Source of the DNA: Escherichia coli
GTDB lineage: Bacteria > Pseudomonadota > Gammaproteobacteria > Enterobacterales > Enterobacteriaceae
Assembly: GCF_003334255.1 (NCBI RefSeq)
Contig: NZ_QOWU01000023.1
Length of the DNA stretch: 64,000 nt
Strand: one strand, 5' to 3'
The notes beneath the pieces are model-generated. The model saw nothing but the letters and a program-made list of their open reading frames with translations, searched no databases and was not told the DNA's origin. The first letter of the stretch is position 1, and the number at the start of each line of letters is the position of its first letter. The position numbers were made by a program, and so were the translations under genes. Positions 61,353 through 64,000 of the stretch are shown here, one piece after another.

Positions 61353-63272
61353 TCATACCCGGCGCTTAAACTGCCCTGCATCAATGCCATGTTGCTTCAT
61401 TTTCCGCCACAGCGTAGTGCGGCCGATCCCAAGTAAAGCCGACATTTCCTGAATGCGACCGCCTGTGACCTGGGCTGCGTTAATAATTGCCTCTTTTTCA
61501 ACTTCCGCAAATGACAGACTGGTGGAAAGGCGGGTGGCGCTGACATCATCTGTCGCCTGCTCGGTAAACAGATGTTCCGGCAAATCACTGACGCGAATGC
61601 GCCCGTTATCACTACTCAGAGCAAGATTCTCGATGACGCTGTAAAGTTCAAAATCGTTGCCTGGCCATGCACAAGAAACCAGGCGAGCGAGGGCATCGTC
61701 ATCAATTTTCAGCCGCGTAGAGAAGCGTTTTTCAAGACTGCGTAATTTGTTATTCACCAGCGCCGGAATGCTGCCACGCCGCATACGCAGAGGCGGGATG
61801 GTAATTTCAAATGCATGCAGCGCGTAATACAGCTGGCGACTAAAACGATTTTGTTCCACCAGCATTGCGAGGTCCGCGGTCGTTGTTGCAATCACTTTGA
61901 CATCAATTGGTATTAAACGCCGCGCATCCAGTCGCGTGATAACCCCCTGCTTGATAACCTGAAGCAAAGCAGACTGTAACTCCACCGCCAGATATTCAAT
62001 CTTTTCAAGAAACAGCGTGCCGCCGTGTGCCAGTTCCAGCCGACTCAGACGGCCATTTTCATTGTCCGTGCGATCGCCACCAATAAATTCTTCCGCCAGC
62101 GCAGCATCACCATATAACTCACAATTGACGGCGATATAAGGACCTGCAGCACGCTCGCTTTCATTATGAATTGCCTGACTTAGCAGTGCCTTGCCCACGC
62201 CCTCTTCTCCACAAAGCAGGACAGGAAAGCTACTGCGCGCCGCCTGGCGACCAAAATGAATCAAGCGGCGGGTTTGCGGATCGTCCTGTGGCATATGAGC
62301 GAAGGTATGGCTGACTTTTCCTAATTGACTGGTCATCAACTGCCGCATCTGTTCCACAGGATGGAGCAACAAAATAAAGCTGGTTCCCTGCGTTTCTATT
62401 ATCGGTTTAAGGGTTATCACCGCATCAATAAACTGATGCTGGCTTTCAAAGGTTGCTTCTACGTGTTTGAGCGGATGTGCCTGTTTTATTGCTTGTTGCA
62501 ATACGGCGGGTAACGTTAAGAGTTCAGTGATTGCCCGTCCCTGACTTGCCGTCGCGTCAAGGCGCAAGACCCGCGCCGCCTGGGCATTAATAAATTGCAA
62601 ATTACCCTGCTCGTCCCAGCTAATCACGCCATCATCCATACTTTCTAACAGGGCATTAAGTTGATTTAAATGACGGTTAGTTTCAGCGAGCAAACTGTCC
62701 GTCAGCAGTAAATTTCCGACCTCGCGGGCGATTGCCAACGTCAACGGCAAATCAGCTGCGGTAGTTTGCTCAACCGGACACGCCAGCGCTATTGTTCCCG
62801 TCAATCGGCCCTTGCTGTCAAACAACGGCGTTGCACAAAAGGCCCAGTTCCAGAGTACCTGTTTGAAATGTTGATCGGCCATCGTTTTCACGGCCTGACC
62901 AGAGATAGCCGCTAACGATAGCGCACAAGTACCAATAATTCCCTCGGCGCAATACGTGCCGTCATTGAATCCCAGTGCACTTAGCTGCTGCAAGGTTTGC
63001 GGATCGCCATTACGGCTGAGAATGCAGGCGGTTTCATCGAGGATAAACAGCGCACACTCTCGCGGTGCCATATATTCCCAGGCATCTTCCAGCGCAGCCT
63101 GCCCGAGCGTCAGCATCGCTTTCTTACGCCGATAAATAGAAGCAAATGTCACGCCCTGGGCCTGATGTGGTACGTTCCATGTCTCCCGTTTCATCAGCTT
63201 ATTGCATCGCTCCCAGGAGGTTGCAATTAAGGGAGATATGCCCCGACCATCGTTGTTAAAAGCGCCACTCAT
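61353..63272 (-). CDS. dhaR: Sigma-54-independent transcriptional activator of the dha operon, DhaR
   Basis: AAA+ core and C-terminal helix-turn-helix; start set to MSGAFNNDGRG... (639 aa); divergent from dhaK. Confidence 0.85.
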   Translation of the reverse strand: MSGAFNNDGRGISPLIATSWERCNKLMKRETWNVPHQAQGVTFASIYRRKKAMLTLGQAALEDAWEYMAPRECALFILDETACILSRNGDPQTLQQLSALGFNDGTYCAEGIIGTCALSLAAISGQAVKTMADQHFKQVLWNWAFCATPLFDSKGRLTGTIALACPVEQTTAADLPLTLAIAREVGNLLLTDSLLAETNRHLNQLNALLESMDDGVISWDEQGNLQFINAQAARVLRLDATASQGRAITELLTLPAVLQQAIKQAHPLKHVEATFESQHQFIDAVITLKPIIETQGTSFILLLHPVEQMRQLMTSQLGKVSHTFAHMPQDDPQTRRLIHFGRQAARSSFPVLLCGEEGVGKALLSQAIHNESERAAGPYIAVNCELYGDAALAEEFIGGDRTDNENGRLSRLELAHGGTLFLEKIEYLAVELQSALLQVIKQGVITRLDARRLIPIDVKVIATTTADLAMLVEQNRFSRQLYYALHAFEITIPPLRMRRGSIPALVNNKLRSLEKRFSTRLKIDDDALARLVSCAWPGNDFELYSVIENLALSSDNGRIRVSDLPEHLFTEQATDDVSATRLSTSLSFAEVEKEAIINAAQVTGGRIQEMSALLGIGRTTLWRKMKQHGIDAGQFKRRV

Positions 63273-63499
63273 ATCCCGCATCCCTTATGACAAAAGGTGT
63301 TCCGGCTCGCAATTTTAAGTATTAATACACGTAAAAGTTTCAATATGGAACATTCATTAAAGCATATGTTTCACTATGAAACATAATTTGGGCTAATTTT
63401 CTTTTCCCTTGCCTGATGCACAATGGATTCATCGGCAGTCAGTGGTCGCCGTGTCGTTGAACATCATCCATGCCCTACCGTAATTGCTGGAGCAAAATA

Positions 63500-64000
63500 A
63501 TGAAAAAATTGATCAATGATGTGCAAGACGTACTGGACGAACAACTGGCAGGACTGGCGAAAGCGCATCCATCGCTGACACTGCATCAGGATCCGGTGTA
63601 TGTCACCCGAGCTGATGCCCCTGTTGCAGGAAAAGTCGCCCTGCTGTCGGGTGGCGGCAGCGGACACGAGCCGATGCACTGTGGTTATATCGGTCAGGGG
63701 ATGCTTTCGGGGGCCTGTCCGGGCGAAATTTTCACCTCACCGACGCCCGATAAAATCTTTGAATGCGCCATGCAAGTTGATGGCGGCGAAGGTGTACTGT
63801 TGATTATCAAAAATTACACCGGCGATATTCTTAACTTTGAAACAGCGACCGAGTTACTGCACGATAGCGGCGTAAAAGTGACCACTGTGGTCATTGATGA
63901 CGACGTTGCGGTAAAAGACAGTCTTTATACTGCCGGGCGACGCGGCGTTGCCAACACCGTATTAATTGAAAAACTCGTAGGCGCAGCGGCGGAGCGTGGC
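63500..64000 (+). CDS. dhaK: Dihydroxyacetone kinase subunit DhaK, 5' part (truncated by the window end)
   Basis: ATG at 63500 opens [60 protein letters not shown]... and the frame runs to the window end. Confidence 0.9.
   Translation, partial: MKKLINDVQDVLDEQLAGLAKAHPSLTLHQDPVYVTRADAPVAGKVALLSGGGSGHEPMHCGYIGQGMLSGACPGEIFTSPTPDKIFECAMQVDGGEGVLLIIKNYTGDILNFETATELLHDSGVKVTTVVIDDDVAVKDSLYTAGRRGVANTVLIEKLVGAAAERG

Overview
This window reads as Escherichia coli chromosome, collinear (in reverse orientation) with the K-12 27-28 min region from dhaK to ompW, and I do not see a convincing novel multi-gene system in it. All calls rest on my reading of the sequence and ORF track plus recalled knowledge of E. 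coli proteins and synteny; no searches were run. From left to right: the right edge of a lambdoid prophage (exonuclease fragment, xis, int) abutting the 3' end of ompW; ompW, yciCBA, tonB, yciI, kch, clsA, yciU; oppABCDF and ychE; adhE; a frameshifted IS4-like transposase remnant (insZ-like); tdk, hns, galU, rssAB, ychJ, purU; a tRNA-Tyr array with three copies followed by three 178-bp repeats carrying tpr; narGHJI, narK, narXL; ychO, ychN, chaCBA; one Ldr type I toxin locus; kdsA, sirB1, sirB2, prmC, prfA, hemA; lolB, ispE, prs, dauA, ychH, pth, ychF; the ycgV autotransporter; dhaR and the start of dhaK. The points worth a second look are strain-level accessory features: the prophage junction at ompW, three tRNA-Tyr copies, a single Ldr copy, and a few unannotated small ORFs. 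Several ORF-track entries are 5'-extended relative to the likely true starts, and I have trimmed them.
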